In this document: positions 28,236-39,903 of the stretch, piece by piece
How positions within the stretch are numbered: position 1 is the stretch's first letter
Layout: each line of letters begins with the position of its first letter
Origin: an uncultured Chromatiales bacterium
Lineage (GTDB): Bacteria; Pseudomonadota; Gammaproteobacteria; SZUA-140
DNA length: 64,000 nucleotides
Direction: 5' to 3'
NCBI GenBank assembly: GCA_964384095.1
Contig: CAYLKC010000001.1
Span: 1,106 to 65,105, forward strand
Translations under genes and position numbers: made by a program
Notes under the pieces: generated by a model
Told to the model about the DNA's origin: nothing
The model's input: only the letters and a program-made list of their open reading frames with translations
The model's database searches: none

Positions 28236-30179
28236 ATGGCCAGCGGCATTCTCGGCACAGGAATCTCGGGTCTGCAGGCGGCGCAGCGCGCGCTGAACGT
28301 CGCCTCTCACAATATCGCCAACGTCAATACCGAAGGCTACAGCCGGCAGCGCATCGAGCTCGACGCGCGCCCGCCGCAGTCCCTTGGCGGCATGTTCATC
28401 GGTACCGGCGTGACCGTCAGCGATATCCGCCGCGTCTATGACGACTTCAACACGCTCCAGTTGCGCTCCACGACCTCGGGTCAGGCCCAGGCGCGGGAGT
28501 TCCATGCGCTGAGCACGCAGATCAGCAATCTGCTCGCGAATCCCGATGTCGGTGTGATGCCGGCGATGCAGAACTTCTTCGACGCAGTCCAGGGCGTTGC
28601 CAATGAGCCTGCGTCCCAGGTCGCGCGTCAGGTGATGCTGAGCGAGGCCAACAACCTGGCCGACCAGATTCGCAATTTCGACCAGCAGCTCGATTCGATC
28701 GGTCGCAATGTCAATAATGCCCTCGCCACCGCGGTCAGCGACGTGAATGCGCTGACGTCCGCGATCGCAGGCCTGAACAAGCGCATTCTCGAGGTCGGTT
28801 CCGATGGCACCGTACCCAATGACCTGCTCGATCAGCGCGATCAGCTGATTCTCGAGCTTTCGGACCTGGTGTCGGTATCGACCGTCGCGCAGGGTGACGG
28901 CACCGTCAATGTCTTCATCGGCAATGGCCAGGCGGTGGTGGCAGGGGTCGCCGCACGGCCGATCGCGCTGGTGCCAAGCGCCTATGACCCGGACCGTCAC
29001 GAGATCGCCTATGACGTCCCGCCGACCCCGATCGTCATCACCGGACAACTGAGCGGGGGCAAGATCGGCGGCATTGTCGAATTCCGCAATCACGTCCTCG
29101 AGCCGGCCGGCAATGCCCTTGGTCAGCTGGCTGTCGGCATCGCGGCGACCTTCAACGAACTGCACGCCGCGGGCATGGACATGAACGGTCAGCTCGGCGG
29201 CGATTTCTTTGCGCCGATCAACACCGCCGGCTCGCCGCCGACGACGCAGGTGCTGGCGCATGCGGGCAATAACGGCATCCCCGCGGCCGTCGTCGGGGCC
29301 GTCATCACTGACGCCAGCGCGCTGACCGCGAGCGATTATCGCCTCGAACGCAATGGCTCGGTCTATACGCTGACCCGTCTGGACGATAACCGCAGCTTTG
29401 TGATGAACGGCTTTCCCGGCAGTCCGCAGACCGTCGACGGGTTAACGCTCTCGCTGGAGTCCGGCGTGATGGCCGATGGCGACAGCTTCCTGATTCAGCC
29501 GACGCACAATGCGGCGAAAAACTTCGGCGTCTCGGTCACCAATCCCTCACGGATCGCCGCAGCCGGACCGCTGCGCAGCGATGCCGCGCTTGCCAATATC
29601 GGTACCGGCGCGATTGACGGACTGACGCTGGCCGACCGCGACGTCTTTACGGGCATCGCCTACACCGTGAACACGGTCGCCGCCGGTGGCAGCGGCCCGG
29701 CCGACAGCTACGAGGTGATCGATGGCGACGGCAATGTCGTCGTGGCCGGTGTCCTGACCGCGGGCGAGTCGATCGAATTCGACGGCATCCGCTTCTCGCT
29801 CGGCGGTATCCCTCATCATGGCGACAGTTTCACGATCACGCCGAATTTCAACGGCGTCAGCGACAATCGCAATGCGCTGGCACTGGCCGGGCTGCAGACC
29901 GCGAGGACGCTCAATAACGGTGCTGCGTCCTTCGAGTCCCTTTACGGGCAAATGGTCGCCGATGTCGGCAACAAGACCCACCAGGCCGAACTGAATCTGA
30001 ACGTCCAGAGCGGCATGCTCCGACGCGCGATCGATATGCGCGAATCGATTTCCGGGGTCAATCTCGACGAGGAGGCGGCCTCGATCCTGCGCTGGCAACA
30101 GGCCTATCAGGCCTCCGCCCAGGTGATCGCGACCGCCAACAGCATGTTCGAGACGCTGATCTCGATGGTGAGGAGATAA
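28236..30179 (+). CDS. flgK: flagellar hook-associated protein 1 FlgK
   Basis: N-terminus GLQAAQRALNVASHNIANVNTEGYSRQ and C-terminus EEAASILRWQQAYQASAQVI. Confidence 0.9.
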   Translation: MASGILGTGISGLQAAQRALNVASHNIANVNTEGYSRQRIELDARPPQSLGGMFIGTGVTVSDIRRVYDDFNTLQLRSTTSGQAQAREFHALSTQISNLLANPDVGVMPAMQNFFDAVQGVANEPASQVARQVMLSEANNLADQIRNFDQQLDSIGRNVNNALATAVSDVNALTSAIAGLNKRILEVGSDGTVPNDLLDQRDQLILELSDLVSVSTVAQGDGTVNVFIGNGQAVVAGVAARPIALVPSAYDPDRHEIAYDVPPTPIVITGQLSGGKIGGIVEFRNHVLEPAGNALGQLAVGIAATFNELHAAGMDMNGQLGGDFFAPINTAGSPPTTQVLAHAGNNGIPAAVVGAVITDASALTASDYRLERNGSVYTLTRLDDNRSFVMNGFPGSPQTVDGLTLSLESGVMADGDSFLIQPTHNAAKNFGVSVTNPSRIAAAGPLRSDAALANIGTGAIDGLTLADRDVFTGIAYTVNTVAAGGSGPADSYEVIDGDGNVVVAGVLTAGESIEFDGIRFSLGGIPHHGDSFTITPNFNGVSDNRNALALAGLQTARTLNNGAASFESLYGQMVADVGNKTHQAELNLNVQSGMLRRAIDMRESISGVNLDEEAASILRWQQAYQASAQVIATANSMFETLISMVRR

Positions 30180-30182
30180 GCC

Positions 30183-31376
30183 ATGCGCATCTCGACGGGC
30201 CTGGTGTTCCAGAATTCGCTGAATGCGCTGCTGGACCAGCAGTCACGACTGATGCATACCCAGCAGCAGATCGCGACCGGCAAGAGGATCATGACCCCGG
30301 CCGATGACCCGGCGGGCTCCGCGTCCCTGCTCGGGGTCAACCAGTCACTGCAGGTGACGCACCAGTACCAGGACAACATCACCACGGCGCGTAACCAGCT
30401 CGAGCGAACCGAGTCTACGCTGGCCTCGGTGAACGACATCCTTGATCGCGTCCGCGAGTTGACCCTGCAGGCGAATAACGCCACCATCAGCGCCGCCGAC
30501 CGGCGCATGATTGCAGTCGAGATGCGCCAGAACCACGATGCTCTGATCGATCTCGCCAACACGCAGAACGGCAGCGGCGAATACCTGTTCGCCGGTTATC
30601 AGGGCCTGACGCGGCCGTATGCATCGGATCCCCAGCTCGGCGTCGTCTATCATGGCGACAGCGGCCAGCGCTTCGTCCAGGTCGGCGCGAGCCGCCAGGT
30701 CGCGGTCGGCTATCCCGGCTCAGAGGTCTTTCAGGCGATCCCGCGCGGCAACGGCGTCTTCGTCACGCGCCCCGGGGACGCCAATACCGGGACCGGCATC
30801 ATCGACAGCGGCAGCGTCCTCAACCCGAATGCCTGGGATCGTGGCCAGTACACGATCACCTTTAGCGATGCCGGCAACTATACCGTCGAGGACGGTAATG
30901 GCGATCCCGTCGCCGATGGCGTCTATGCCCCGGGCACGCAGATCGTGTTCAGCGGGGTCACGGTGCGCATCGAGGGCACGCCCGCAGCAGGTGATACCTT
31001 TACCGTCGCTCCGAGTACGCGGCAGGACCTGTTCACGACGATCAACGACATGATCGTCCAGCTCGAATCTGAGCCCGGCGCGACCACGTCGGCGACGATG
31101 GCCAATGCGACCAATGGTTTTCTGAGCGACCTCGACCAGGCGATGGAGAACATGCGCTCGTTACGCGCCCAGACCGGCGCCCGGCTGGCCGCGCTCGATG
31201 CCCAGGAGGACATCAACGCGGAGAGCATCCTGCGCCTCGATGAGATCAAGTCCGGGATCGAGGACCTCGATTACGCCACGGCGATTACGTCGCTCAGCCG
31301 GCAGCTGGTCGGACTCGATGCCGCGCAGAAATCCTTCCTGCAGATCCAGGGTCTGTCGCTGTTCAATTACCTCTGA
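30183..31376 (+). CDS. flgL: flagellar hook-associated protein 3 FlgL
   Basis: Flagellin-like N-terminus MRISTGLVFQNSLNALLDQQSRL. Confidence 0.9.
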   Translation: MRISTGLVFQNSLNALLDQQSRLMHTQQQIATGKRIMTPADDPAGSASLLGVNQSLQVTHQYQDNITTARNQLERTESTLASVNDILDRVRELTLQANNATISAADRRMIAVEMRQNHDALIDLANTQNGSGEYLFAGYQGLTRPYASDPQLGVVYHGDSGQRFVQVGASRQVAVGYPGSEVFQAIPRGNGVFVTRPGDANTGTGIIDSGSVLNPNAWDRGQYTITFSDAGNYTVEDGNGDPVADGVYAPGTQIVFSGVTVRIEGTPAAGDTFTVAPSTRQDLFTTINDMIVQLESEPGATTSATMANATNGFLSDLDQAMENMRSLRAQTGARLAALDAQEDINAESILRLDEIKSGIEDLDYATAITSLSRQLVGLDAAQKSFLQIQGLSLFNYL

Positions 31377-31394
31377 GGCGCGTCCGCGCCTTTT
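31377..31394 (+). terminator. rho-independent terminator after flgL
   Basis: ggcgcg-tc-cgcgcc stem followed by TTTT, starting at the flgL stop. Confidence 0.6.
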
Positions 31395-31422
31395 CCCGCC
31401 ATATTTCAACCGCTTGGTCCGC

Positions 31423-31450
31423 TAAAGGACAGCGGGGTCGAGGCCGATAT
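31423..31450 (+). promoter_or_regulatory. sigma-28 (FliA) promoter of fliC
   Basis: TAAAG-N15-GCCGATAT, near-perfect match to TAAAG-N15-GCCGATAA, ~100 nt upstream of fliC. Confidence 0.75.
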
Positions 31451-31552
31451 CCTCCGTGGGAGCGGTGAATATTTCCGTCCGGAAGTATATCCGCTGAGCA
31501 CAAAACTGACCGCGCGGCCAAGTTCCGCCGGGTTCCAGGAGACTTGACAGCC

Positions 31553-33013
31553 ATGGCTATGATTATCAACACCAATATTGCGTCGCTGAACGCGCAGCGC
31601 AATCTGACCAACACCCAGAACGACCTCTCGGTCTCACTCCAGCGCCTGTCGACCGGCCTGCGCATCAACAGCGCCAAGGACGATGCCGCCGGTCTGGCGA
31701 TCTCCGAGCGCTTCACGACCCAGATCCGCGGCCTGAACCAGGCGGCACGTAACGCCAACGACGGCATCTCGCTGGCGCAGACCGCCGAAGGCGCCCTCGG
31801 CGAGGTCACCAACAACCTGCAGCGCATCCGCGAGCTCGCGGTACAGGCCCGCAACGCGACCAACAGCGCCTCGGACCGTGAGGCCCTCGACGCCGAGGTG
31901 CAGCAGCGCATCAATGAAATCAACCGCGTCGCCAACCAGACCGAGTTCAACGGCTTGAAGGTCCTCGACGGCACCTTCACCGAGCAGGTCTTCCAGGTCG
32001 GCGCCAACCAGGGCCAGACCATCAGCGTCGACTCGATCGCCAGCGTGACGTCCCAGGCCCTCGGTCTCGCGGCGGGCACCACGACCGTGATCCAGGCCGC
32101 GACCGGCGGCGACACGGCCGTGACCGGGGCGCTGACGGACGGCGACCTGACGATCAATGGCACCGCGATCAATGCGTCGGTCGACGGCGCGAACGGTGCA
32201 GCGGCCGGCGAGGCCGATTCTTCGGCATTCGCGATCGCCGCAGCGATCAATGGTTCCAGTGTTACCGGCGTCACCGCGACCGCGACCACGGTGGTCGATG
32301 ACGCGTTCGTCACCGTCACAGGCGCCGCACTCGCTGATGGCAATGACTACACCCTGACCATCAACGATGTCGAGCTGTTCAACAACGCGCTGGGCGCCGG
32401 TCAAGAGGTGACCGCCGACGATGTCATGGGCCTGATCAATGACAGCGCGGAGCTGGCGGCGCTCGGCATCACGGCCACGGTCGATGGGGACAGCGGCAAC
32501 CTGGTGATCACCGCCGAGGGTGGTCGTGACATCATCATCGCACAGACCTTCGGTGACGACCTGACCGATACGCAGGGTCTGGAGGGCACGACCTCCGGTA
32601 CCGTTGCGCTGACCTCGGATGCCGAGATCGAGATCGCCGGTAATGACCCGACCGTCGCCGGCCTGACCGCCGGTACCGTTGAAGTCACCGAGACCGAAGT
32701 CGAGGTCACCGGCACCAACGTGCTGACGACCGATGCGGCCGATGCGGCGCTGACGACCATCGACGCGGCGCTGACCATCGTGAACGGTTCGCGCGCCGAC
32801 CTCGGCGCGGTGCAGAACCGCTTCGAATCGGTCATCGCGAGTCTGACCTCGGCGTCGGAGAGCCTCGCCGCCGCGCGTTCGCGGATCCTGGATGCCGACT
32901 TCGCCGCCGAGACCGCGGCGCTGACCCGGGCCCAGATCCTGCAGCAGGCCGGTGTTGCGATCCTGGCGCAGGCCAACGCGCTGCCGCAGCTCGCACTGTC
33001 GCTGTTGCAGTAA
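31553..33013 (+). CDS. fliC: flagellin
   Basis: [18 protein letters not shown]... N-terminus and ...[11 protein letters not shown]-terminus; variable central domain; start set to the ATG rather than the upstream TTG. Confidence 0.95.
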   Translation: MAMIINTNIASLNAQRNLTNTQNDLSVSLQRLSTGLRINSAKDDAAGLAISERFTTQIRGLNQAARNANDGISLAQTAEGALGEVTNNLQRIRELAVQARNATNSASDREALDAEVQQRINEINRVANQTEFNGLKVLDGTFTEQVFQVGANQGQTISVDSIASVTSQALGLAAGTTTVIQAATGGDTAVTGALTDGDLTINGTAINASVDGANGAAAGEADSSAFAIAAAINGSSVTGVTATATTVVDDAFVTVTGAALADGNDYTLTINDVELFNNALGAGQEVTADDVMGLINDSAELAALGITATVDGDSGNLVITAEGGRDIIIAQTFGDDLTDTQGLEGTTSGTVALTSDAEIEIAGNDPTVAGLTAGTVEVTETEVEVTGTNVLTTDAADAALTTIDAALTIVNGSRADLGAVQNRFESVIASLTSASESLAAARSRILDADFAAETAALTRAQILQQAGVAILAQANALPQLALSLLQ

Positions 33014-33027
33014 GGCGCATGATGAGC

Positions 33028-33061
33028 GGCCCGGGGCCCACGGGTCCCGGGCCGGCTTTTA
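33028..33061 (+). terminator. strong rho-independent terminator after fliC
   Basis: 12-bp GC stem ggcccggggccc/gggtcccgggcc followed by a TTTT run, overlapping a second palindrome gccggcttttaagccggc. Confidence 0.7.
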
Positions 33062-33095
33062 AGCCGGCCGCATGACCGGCAAGAGAGGTGACACC

Positions 33096-33485
33096 ATGCC
33101 CATTCAACAGACACCCCCGATGAGTTCGGACTTCGCGCGCGTGCCGTCCCGGCCCATCGTCTCGCCGTCTGTGCCGGTGCCCGAAGGCGGCCGGCAGGAA
33201 TTGCAGGCAAACGGCAAGGTACTGCCGACCGGCGACACGCAACCGGAACCGAAGGTCATCAATCGCGACGAGCTGGCCGCGAGCGTCAGCCGGCTCAACG
33301 ACCATGCCCGCGCCATCAACCGCGATCTCAAGTTCACCGTCGACGAAGACATCAACAAGGTCATCGTCAGGGTCTATAACGCGGAGACCGACGAGCTGAT
33401 TCGCCAGATCCCCTCGGAAGAGGCGCTGGCGATGGCGCGTCATCTGGCCAGAGACGAGGGGATCATCGTGGATACCGAGGTTTGA
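33096..33485 (+). CDS. flaG: flagellar protein FlaG
   Basis: FlaG-family C-terminus (KFTVDEDINKVIVRVYNAETDELIRQIP); ATG at 33096 has a GAGAGG RBS (alternative start 33072). Confidence 0.8.
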   Translation: MPIQQTPPMSSDFARVPSRPIVSPSVPVPEGGRQELQANGKVLPTGDTQPEPKVINRDELAASVSRLNDHARAINRDLKFTVDEDINKVIVRVYNAETDELIRQIPSEEALAMARHLARDEGIIVDTEV

Positions 33486-33491
33486 TCCAGG

Positions 33492-33509
33492 TTGGTCTCC
33501 ATTTTGCAT
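33492..33509 (+). promoter_or_regulatory. sigma-54 promoter for fliD
   Basis: TTGGTC-N5-TTTGCA with GG-N10-GC spacing, ~50 nt upstream of fliD. Confidence 0.55.
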
Positions 33510-33557
33510 TTTTATCCGGATAACGGAGTGAAATGAAGCGTTGAAGGCGGATCATTC

Positions 33558-35588
33558 ATGGCGAATATAGTTTCGCTCGGCATCGGTAGCGGACTCGATA
33601 TCAATTCGATCGTCTCCGAGCTGGTCGAGTTACAGAGGCGCCCGCAGCTGCAGCGCCTCGATGTCAGAGAGGCAAATCTACAGGCGCGCCTTTCAGGGAT
33701 CGGTTCCCTGCAGGGCGCGCTTTCCTCGTTGCAGGACTCGCTCGGCAATCTCTCCCGCCTGCAAACCTTCAACGGCCGCACTGCGAGCGTCGCGGACACA
33801 GCAATCCTTGCCGCCAGCGCCGGCACGGCCGCCGCACCCGGCAGCTACGAGATCAGCGTCGATGAGCTGGCCCGCGCACAGCGGCTCGCCAGCGACCCGG
33901 AGGCGCACGAGGCAGCACGATTCACCTCGCTGAATGATATCGTCGGCACCGGTACGCTGACCTTTCGTTTTGGCGAGACGGCGTATGATGCCGAATCCGG
34001 CGTCTACCAGTCCTTCACTCGCGATCCCGATTCGGCGATTCATACCGTTGAGATCAGCGATGGCAGTCTGCGCGGCGTGCGCGATGCGATCAACAACGCC
34101 GAAATCGGCGTCACCGCCGCGATCGTCTTCGATGGCGCGCATTACCGCCTGACCCTGTCCGGCAATGAGACCGGCGCCGGTAACAGTATCGAGATTACGG
34201 TCGATGACGCCGATGGTAATGCCGGAGATGCCGCCGGCCTGTCCCTGTTTGCGTTCAACGACGGCGCGGCGCATCTGCGCCAGACCCAGTCGGCCAGCGA
34301 CACCGCAGGCCTGCTCGTCAACGGCATCGCGATCCAGAGCGCGAGCAACTCGCTGGTCAATGTCGTTGAGGGTTTGGCCATCGACCTGAAATCGCCCGGG
34401 ACGACGACGGTTACGGTGGCCCAGGATCGCGAAGGTGTGAGTGGTGCGATCAGCGAGTTCGTCGACAAGTTCAACGCCCTCGTCGTCACCATCAACCAGC
34501 TCTCGCGTTTCGACCCCGAGACCAATGAAGCCGGGCTGCTCAATGGCGACAGCGTGCTGCAGGCCGTGGATTCCCAAATCCGCCGCATTCTCAACCAGTC
34601 GATCGGCGGGCCTGACAGCCCGTTCCGCCATCTCGCCGATGTCGGAATCACGCGCAGCGCCGGAGACGGTACGCTGGTCCTCGACGAGGCCAGGTTGCAG
34701 CAGGCGATGAATCGCGACTATGACGCGATTGCGCGACTGTTTGCGAACGCAGGCATCATCGATGACCCGCTGACCAACTTCCAGACCGCCGGCGCCAATA
34801 CCCAACCTGGCGACTATGCCGTTCATGTCACGCGCATCGCGACCCGTGGCACGCTGACGGGTTCCGCTGCGGCGGCCCAGGAGATCATCGCCGGCATTAA
34901 TGACACGCTGTCGGTCAACATCAATGGCGCGGCAGCGACGATCACGCTGACGCCCGGGGTCTATGCATCGGCGAATGCGCTGGCCACGGAATTACAGGCA
35001 AGGATCAATGGCGCCGATGCGATACGCCGCGCCGGCGCCACGGTGCTGGTCGAGGCCGACGCTGGAGGCCGCCTGATCGTCACCTCAGACAGCTACGGAT
35101 CGGCGTCTCGCGTGTCGATAAGTACGGGTGCCGGCCGCAACGCCCTGTTCGGCGCGACGCCGCAATCTGTGCAAGGTGTCGATGTCGCCGGCACCATCGG
35201 CGGTGTGGCCGCGACCGGCGCCGGGCAGACCCTGATCGGTCAGGGCGATGCGGACGGCCTCAGGTTGCGCATCGCCGGCGGCGAACTCGGCGACCGCGGC
35301 GTGCTGTCGTTCACGCGTGGCATTGCTGACAGCCTCGATCGCATGGTGAGCGGCATGCTGAACGGAGACGGCCTCTTCAGGTCTGTCACCGAAAGCATCA
35401 ACCAGCAGATTCGCGACCTCGGTGGCCGGCGTGAACAGGTCGAGCAGAGGGCGCTGACGTATGAGGAACGTCTGCGCGTACAGTTTACGGCGATGGATGC
35501 GCTGGTGGCGCAGCTGCGATCGAGCGGAGACTTCCTGTTACAGCAACTCGACAATCTGCCGCAGATCGGACAGAACCGTAACCGATGA
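33558..35588 (+). CDS. fliD: flagellar filament cap protein FliD (676 aa)
   Basis: FliD N- and C-terminal conserved regions. Confidence 0.9.
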   Translation: MANIVSLGIGSGLDINSIVSELVELQRRPQLQRLDVREANLQARLSGIGSLQGALSSLQDSLGNLSRLQTFNGRTASVADTAILAASAGTAAAPGSYEISVDELARAQRLASDPEAHEAARFTSLNDIVGTGTLTFRFGETAYDAESGVYQSFTRDPDSAIHTVEISDGSLRGVRDAINNAEIGVTAAIVFDGAHYRLTLSGNETGAGNSIEITVDDADGNAGDAAGLSLFAFNDGAAHLRQTQSASDTAGLLVNGIAIQSASNSLVNVVEGLAIDLKSPGTTTVTVAQDREGVSGAISEFVDKFNALVVTINQLSRFDPETNEAGLLNGDSVLQAVDSQIRRILNQSIGGPDSPFRHLADVGITRSAGDGTLVLDEARLQQAMNRDYDAIARLFANAGIIDDPLTNFQTAGANTQPGDYAVHVTRIATRGTLTGSAAAAQEIIAGINDTLSVNINGAAATITLTPGVYASANALATELQARINGADAIRRAGATVLVEADAGGRLIVTSDSYGSASRVSISTGAGRNALFGATPQSVQGVDVAGTIGGVAATGAGQTLIGQGDADGLRLRIAGGELGDRGVLSFTRGIADSLDRMVSGMLNGDGLFRSVTESINQQIRDLGGRREQVEQRALTYEERLRVQFTAMDALVAQLRSSGDFLLQQLDNLPQIGQNRNR

Positions 35589-35636
35589 TCGTCCCGCGCG
35601 GATAATAACTATTTTACTGAAACGGAGGAGCAGGCA

Positions 35637-36101
35637 ATGGGTCAGGCAGGCGCCAGTGGCGTATTGAAGGACTATCAGAAGACAGGGCTGAGCGGCGCGA
35701 CCGAGGGCGCGACGCCTCATCGCCTGATCCAGATGCTGATGGAGGGTGTGCTCGACCGCATCGCCTCGGCGCGCGGCTCCATGGAGCGCGGCGAGATCGC
35801 GCGCAAGGGCGCGCAGATCAGCTGGGCGATCTCGATCATCGAAGGGCTGCGCGTCAGCCTCGACAAGTCGATGGGCGGCGAGATTGCACAAAACCTCGAC
35901 AACCTCTATGGCTACATGATCCTGCGCCTGACCGAGGCGAACATGAAGAACGAGCCCGCGTATCTCGATGAGGTCTCTGATCTGCTGCGCCAGATCAAGG
36001 GCGCCTGGGATGCGATCCCGGCCGAGACCGTCCGTGCCCATGCGGCGGGCGACCGCGAGGCGGTATTGCAGGGGGAGGGGCGCACGAGCGACGCGCGATG
36101 A
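35637..36101 (+). CDS. fliS: flagellin-specific chaperone FliS
   Basis: FliS four-helix core (LIQMLMEGVLDRIASAR ... NLDNLYGYMILRLTEAN). Confidence 0.9.
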   Translation: MGQAGASGVLKDYQKTGLSGATEGATPHRLIQMLMEGVLDRIASARGSMERGEIARKGAQISWAISIIEGLRVSLDKSMGGEIAQNLDNLYGYMILRLTEANMKNEPAYLDEVSDLLRQIKGAWDAIPAETVRAHAAGDREAVLQGEGRTSDAR

Positions 36102-36439
36102 TGACCGAACGCCTGCAACAGCTCGGAGAGATTCTCGAGCGCAGTCACGACATGCTGGCAAGCGCGCGCGGCCAGCAGTGGGACAGCCTGCCGGAACTGT
36201 CGGCCGGACGCTCGCGCGCGATCGAGGCCTATGGCCGGCTGTGCGCAGCGCGGCCGGCAGATGAGGATGCCGGCGACGAGGCGGCATTGCTCGAGCGTAT
36301 CCTCGCGATCAACGAGGAGCTCGTCGCCATCGGTTCAACGCACAAGCAGTCACTAGCCGATTCGCTGTCCGGCAATCGCCGGCAGCGCAGGGCGGCGGTG
36401 GCCTACTCGGAGGCGTCCGCGCGCCATCGTGTTGTTTAA
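36098..36439 (+). CDS. FliT/FleP-like small helical flagellar chaperone (tentative)
   Basis: 113-aa all-helical protein; ATGA overlap with the fliS stop; position matches fliT/fleP in Pseudomonas-type clusters. Confidence 0.45.
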   Translation: MMTERLQQLGEILERSHDMLASARGQQWDSLPELSAGRSRAIEAYGRLCAARPADEDAGDEAALLERILAINEELVAIGSTHKQSLADSLSGNRRQRRAAVAYSEASARHRVV

Positions 36440-36466
36440 GCCACGCTGATACGGTATCTTGCCCGC

Positions 36467-37048
36467 ATGGATGATGCGGGTGTCTCCAATCAGGAATCCG
36501 GTCTCGTCTATGAGGACCGGATGCCGCTGGCCTGGGAACAGTTGCCGGCCGATCCCGATCCCGCCGAAATACCCCCGATCCTTCAGTCCAATGAACAGCT
36601 GCTCCGTTGCCTGGGCGCGCTCGATGAAGTGCGCGGCGACACCGTCGACGATGATCACGGCGCGCTGGCCCATGACATCGCACGCCTCGATTTCAAGCTC
36701 AATCTCCTGCTCGACATGGTCGGACAGCTGCTGCGCCTGCAGCGGCCCGCGCCGGCCGCGGTGCCGGTCCGCCTCGGCGCGGACGGCATACGCTGGTTTG
36801 CGTCGTCCGCCCCCGCGCAAGGCAGCCCGGTACGCGTCGAGTTGTATCTCAGCCGTTCGCTGCCGACCCCGATCCTGCTGTTCGGCCGGGTCGCCTCGGT
36901 CGATCGTGAGGACGGAGGTCAACGAATTGACGTCCGCTTCGGTGAGGTCAGCGAGCCGATGCGCAACTGGCTGGAAAAGCTGATATTCCGCCAGCATCGT
37001 CGGCAGGTCGCGCAGTCCCGGCGCCGGCAGAGGGTCGCCAGTCAGTGA
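36467..37048 (+). CDS. hypothetical protein inside the flagellar locus; possible atypical PilZ-like beta-barrel
   Basis: 193 aa; central amphipathic helix LAHDIARLDFKLNLLLDMVGQLL followed by beta-rich VPVRLGADGIRWF...VRVELYL...LLFGRVASV...RIDVRFGEV and an Arg-rich tail; no canonical RxxxR/DxSxxG motifs. Confidence 0.5.
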   Translation: MDDAGVSNQESGLVYEDRMPLAWEQLPADPDPAEIPPILQSNEQLLRCLGALDEVRGDTVDDDHGALAHDIARLDFKLNLLLDMVGQLLRLQRPAPAAVPVRLGADGIRWFASSAPAQGSPVRVELYLSRSLPTPILLFGRVASVDREDGGQRIDVRFGEVSEPMRNWLEKLIFRQHRRQVAQSRRRQRVASQ

Positions 37049-37055
37049 CGATATT

Positions 37056-37084
37056 TTGACAGGCCTCATAAAAAAGTTTAGTCT
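37056..37084 (+). promoter_or_regulatory. putative sigma-70 promoter of fleQ
   Basis: TTGACA-N17-TAGTCT ~100 nt upstream of fleQ. Confidence 0.45.
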
Positions 37085-37183
37085 GCAAGACTGCAGGCGG
37101 TCCCGTTACCGTGATATCAGCTGGAAGACCACAATATATAAAAGAATCATCCACGACGAGATGACAGGAGAAGGGAAGACCCG

Positions 37184-38599
<1,416 letters not shown>

Positions 38600-38658
38600 G
38601 CTTGACGCCCCGCCAGATTATAATAAATAACCTGTTGTAATTACTTAACAAAATAAAT

Positions 38659-38676
38659 ACGGCACATATATTGCTG
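38659..38676 (+). promoter_or_regulatory. sigma-54 promoter of fleSR
   Basis: CGGCAC-N5-TTGCT with GG-N10-GC spacing, preceded by a ~60-nt AT-rich tract; ~67 nt upstream of fleS. Confidence 0.7.
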
Positions 38677-38742
38677 TTTGTCGGCCAGGGGATGCGTCCG
38701 TGATGGGCGCCTCCGGAAACCTGGTGACAGAGGCACGACCGT

Positions 38743-39903
38743 ATGAATCAGACCGCGATGCCCCGGGCGGAACGCCTGTCGGAGGCATTCGAGCGCTTCA
38801 ACCGGACGTCCGCACGGCTGAGCGACTCGTACCGCTCTCTCGCGGAACAGCTCCGCGATTTCACTGATGCGACGGGGCGCGCGCCCCGCCTCGAACTCGA
38901 TGCCGATCTCCTGCGCGGGATCCTCGACGCGTTGCCGGCCGCGATCATCCTCATCGACGGGGAGGGCGTCGTGCGCCAGTCCAACGTCGCCGCCCGCGAT
39001 CTGCTTGGCGTCGATCTCACGGGCCGCTCGTGGCGCGCCATCATCGGCGAGGTCTTCGTGCCCGGCGACGGCGTCGACGGGCTGCGCCTGTCGAATGGCC
39101 GCGTGGTGACAGTTGCAACCGCGCCGCTGGGCAACCTGCCCGGTCAGGTGGTGATGTTGCACGATGTCACCGACATGCGGCTCGTGCGCGCACTCGCCGA
39201 GCGTCGCCAGCGCCTGTCCGCGCTCGGCGAGATGACGGCCTCGCTGTCGCACCAGATCCGTACCCCGCTGGCCTCCAGTCTGCTTTATCTTTCCCGGCTC
39301 GAGACCGACGAGGTCGATACGGAGACGCGCCGCCGCTGTGCTGCGAAGATCCGCGCCTGTCTCGCGCACCTCGACGGCCTCAGTCGTGACATGCTCGCGT
39401 TTGCCGGCGGTGGCGCGCTGAACGCGGAGAACTTCGGCATCGCCGAGCTGCTCGACGAGTTTCGCCAGGTGTCCGCAGCGCTGATCGGACAGGGCGGCGT
39501 ATGCTTCGAGATCATCGACGAGAGCGGCAGTGCAACGCTACGCGGCAATCGCTCCGCGATCCTGACCGTATTGCAGAATCTCGTCGAGAACGCGATCCAG
39601 GCCTGCGCGTCCGCGCAGCCCGATCGCCCCGGGAATCTTCGTCTGCTGATCCGCCGTCGTAGCGGCGCAGGCGCGCTCGATGCCATCGACTTCCTGCTCA
39701 GCGATGATGGCCCGGGGATCCCCGAGGCACTGCGCGCGCAGGTCTTTGAACCATTTTTCACGACCCGTTCACAGGGGACCGGACTCGGTCTCGCCGTCGC
39801 GCGTGCGGTGGTGCAGGCCCACGGCGGCGAGATCTGGATCGAATCGGAGGCCGGCGCCGGAACGACGGTTGGCATGCGCTTTCCGGTGATCGCGTCCACA
39901 TGA
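38743..39903 (+). CDS. fleS: flagellar sensor histidine kinase FleS/FlrB (cytoplasmic, PAS-HisKA-HATPase)
   Basis: H-box LSHQIRTPLAS and G-boxes of the HATPase domain; no TM segments. Confidence 0.85.
   Translation: MNQTAMPRAERLSEAFERFNRTSARLSDSYRSLAEQLRDFTDATGRAPRLELDADLLRGILDALPAAIILIDGEGVVRQSNVAARDLLGVDLTGRSWRAIIGEVFVPGDGVDGLRLSNGRVVTVATAPLGNLPGQVVMLHDVTDMRLVRALAERRQRLSALGEMTASLSHQIRTPLASSLLYLSRLETDEVDTETRRRCAAKIRACLAHLDGLSRDMLAFAGGGALNAENFGIAELLDEFRQVSAALIGQGGVCFEIIDESGSATLRGNRSAILTVLQNLVENAIQACASAQPDRPGNLRLLIRRRSGAGALDAIDFLLSDDGPGIPEALRAQVFEPFFTTRSQGTGLGLAVARAVVQAHGGEIWIESEAGAGTTVGMRFPVIAST

Noticed and set aside
28176-29261. 361-aa minus-strand ORF inside flgK
   Set aside because: Antisense to a confidently identified flgK.
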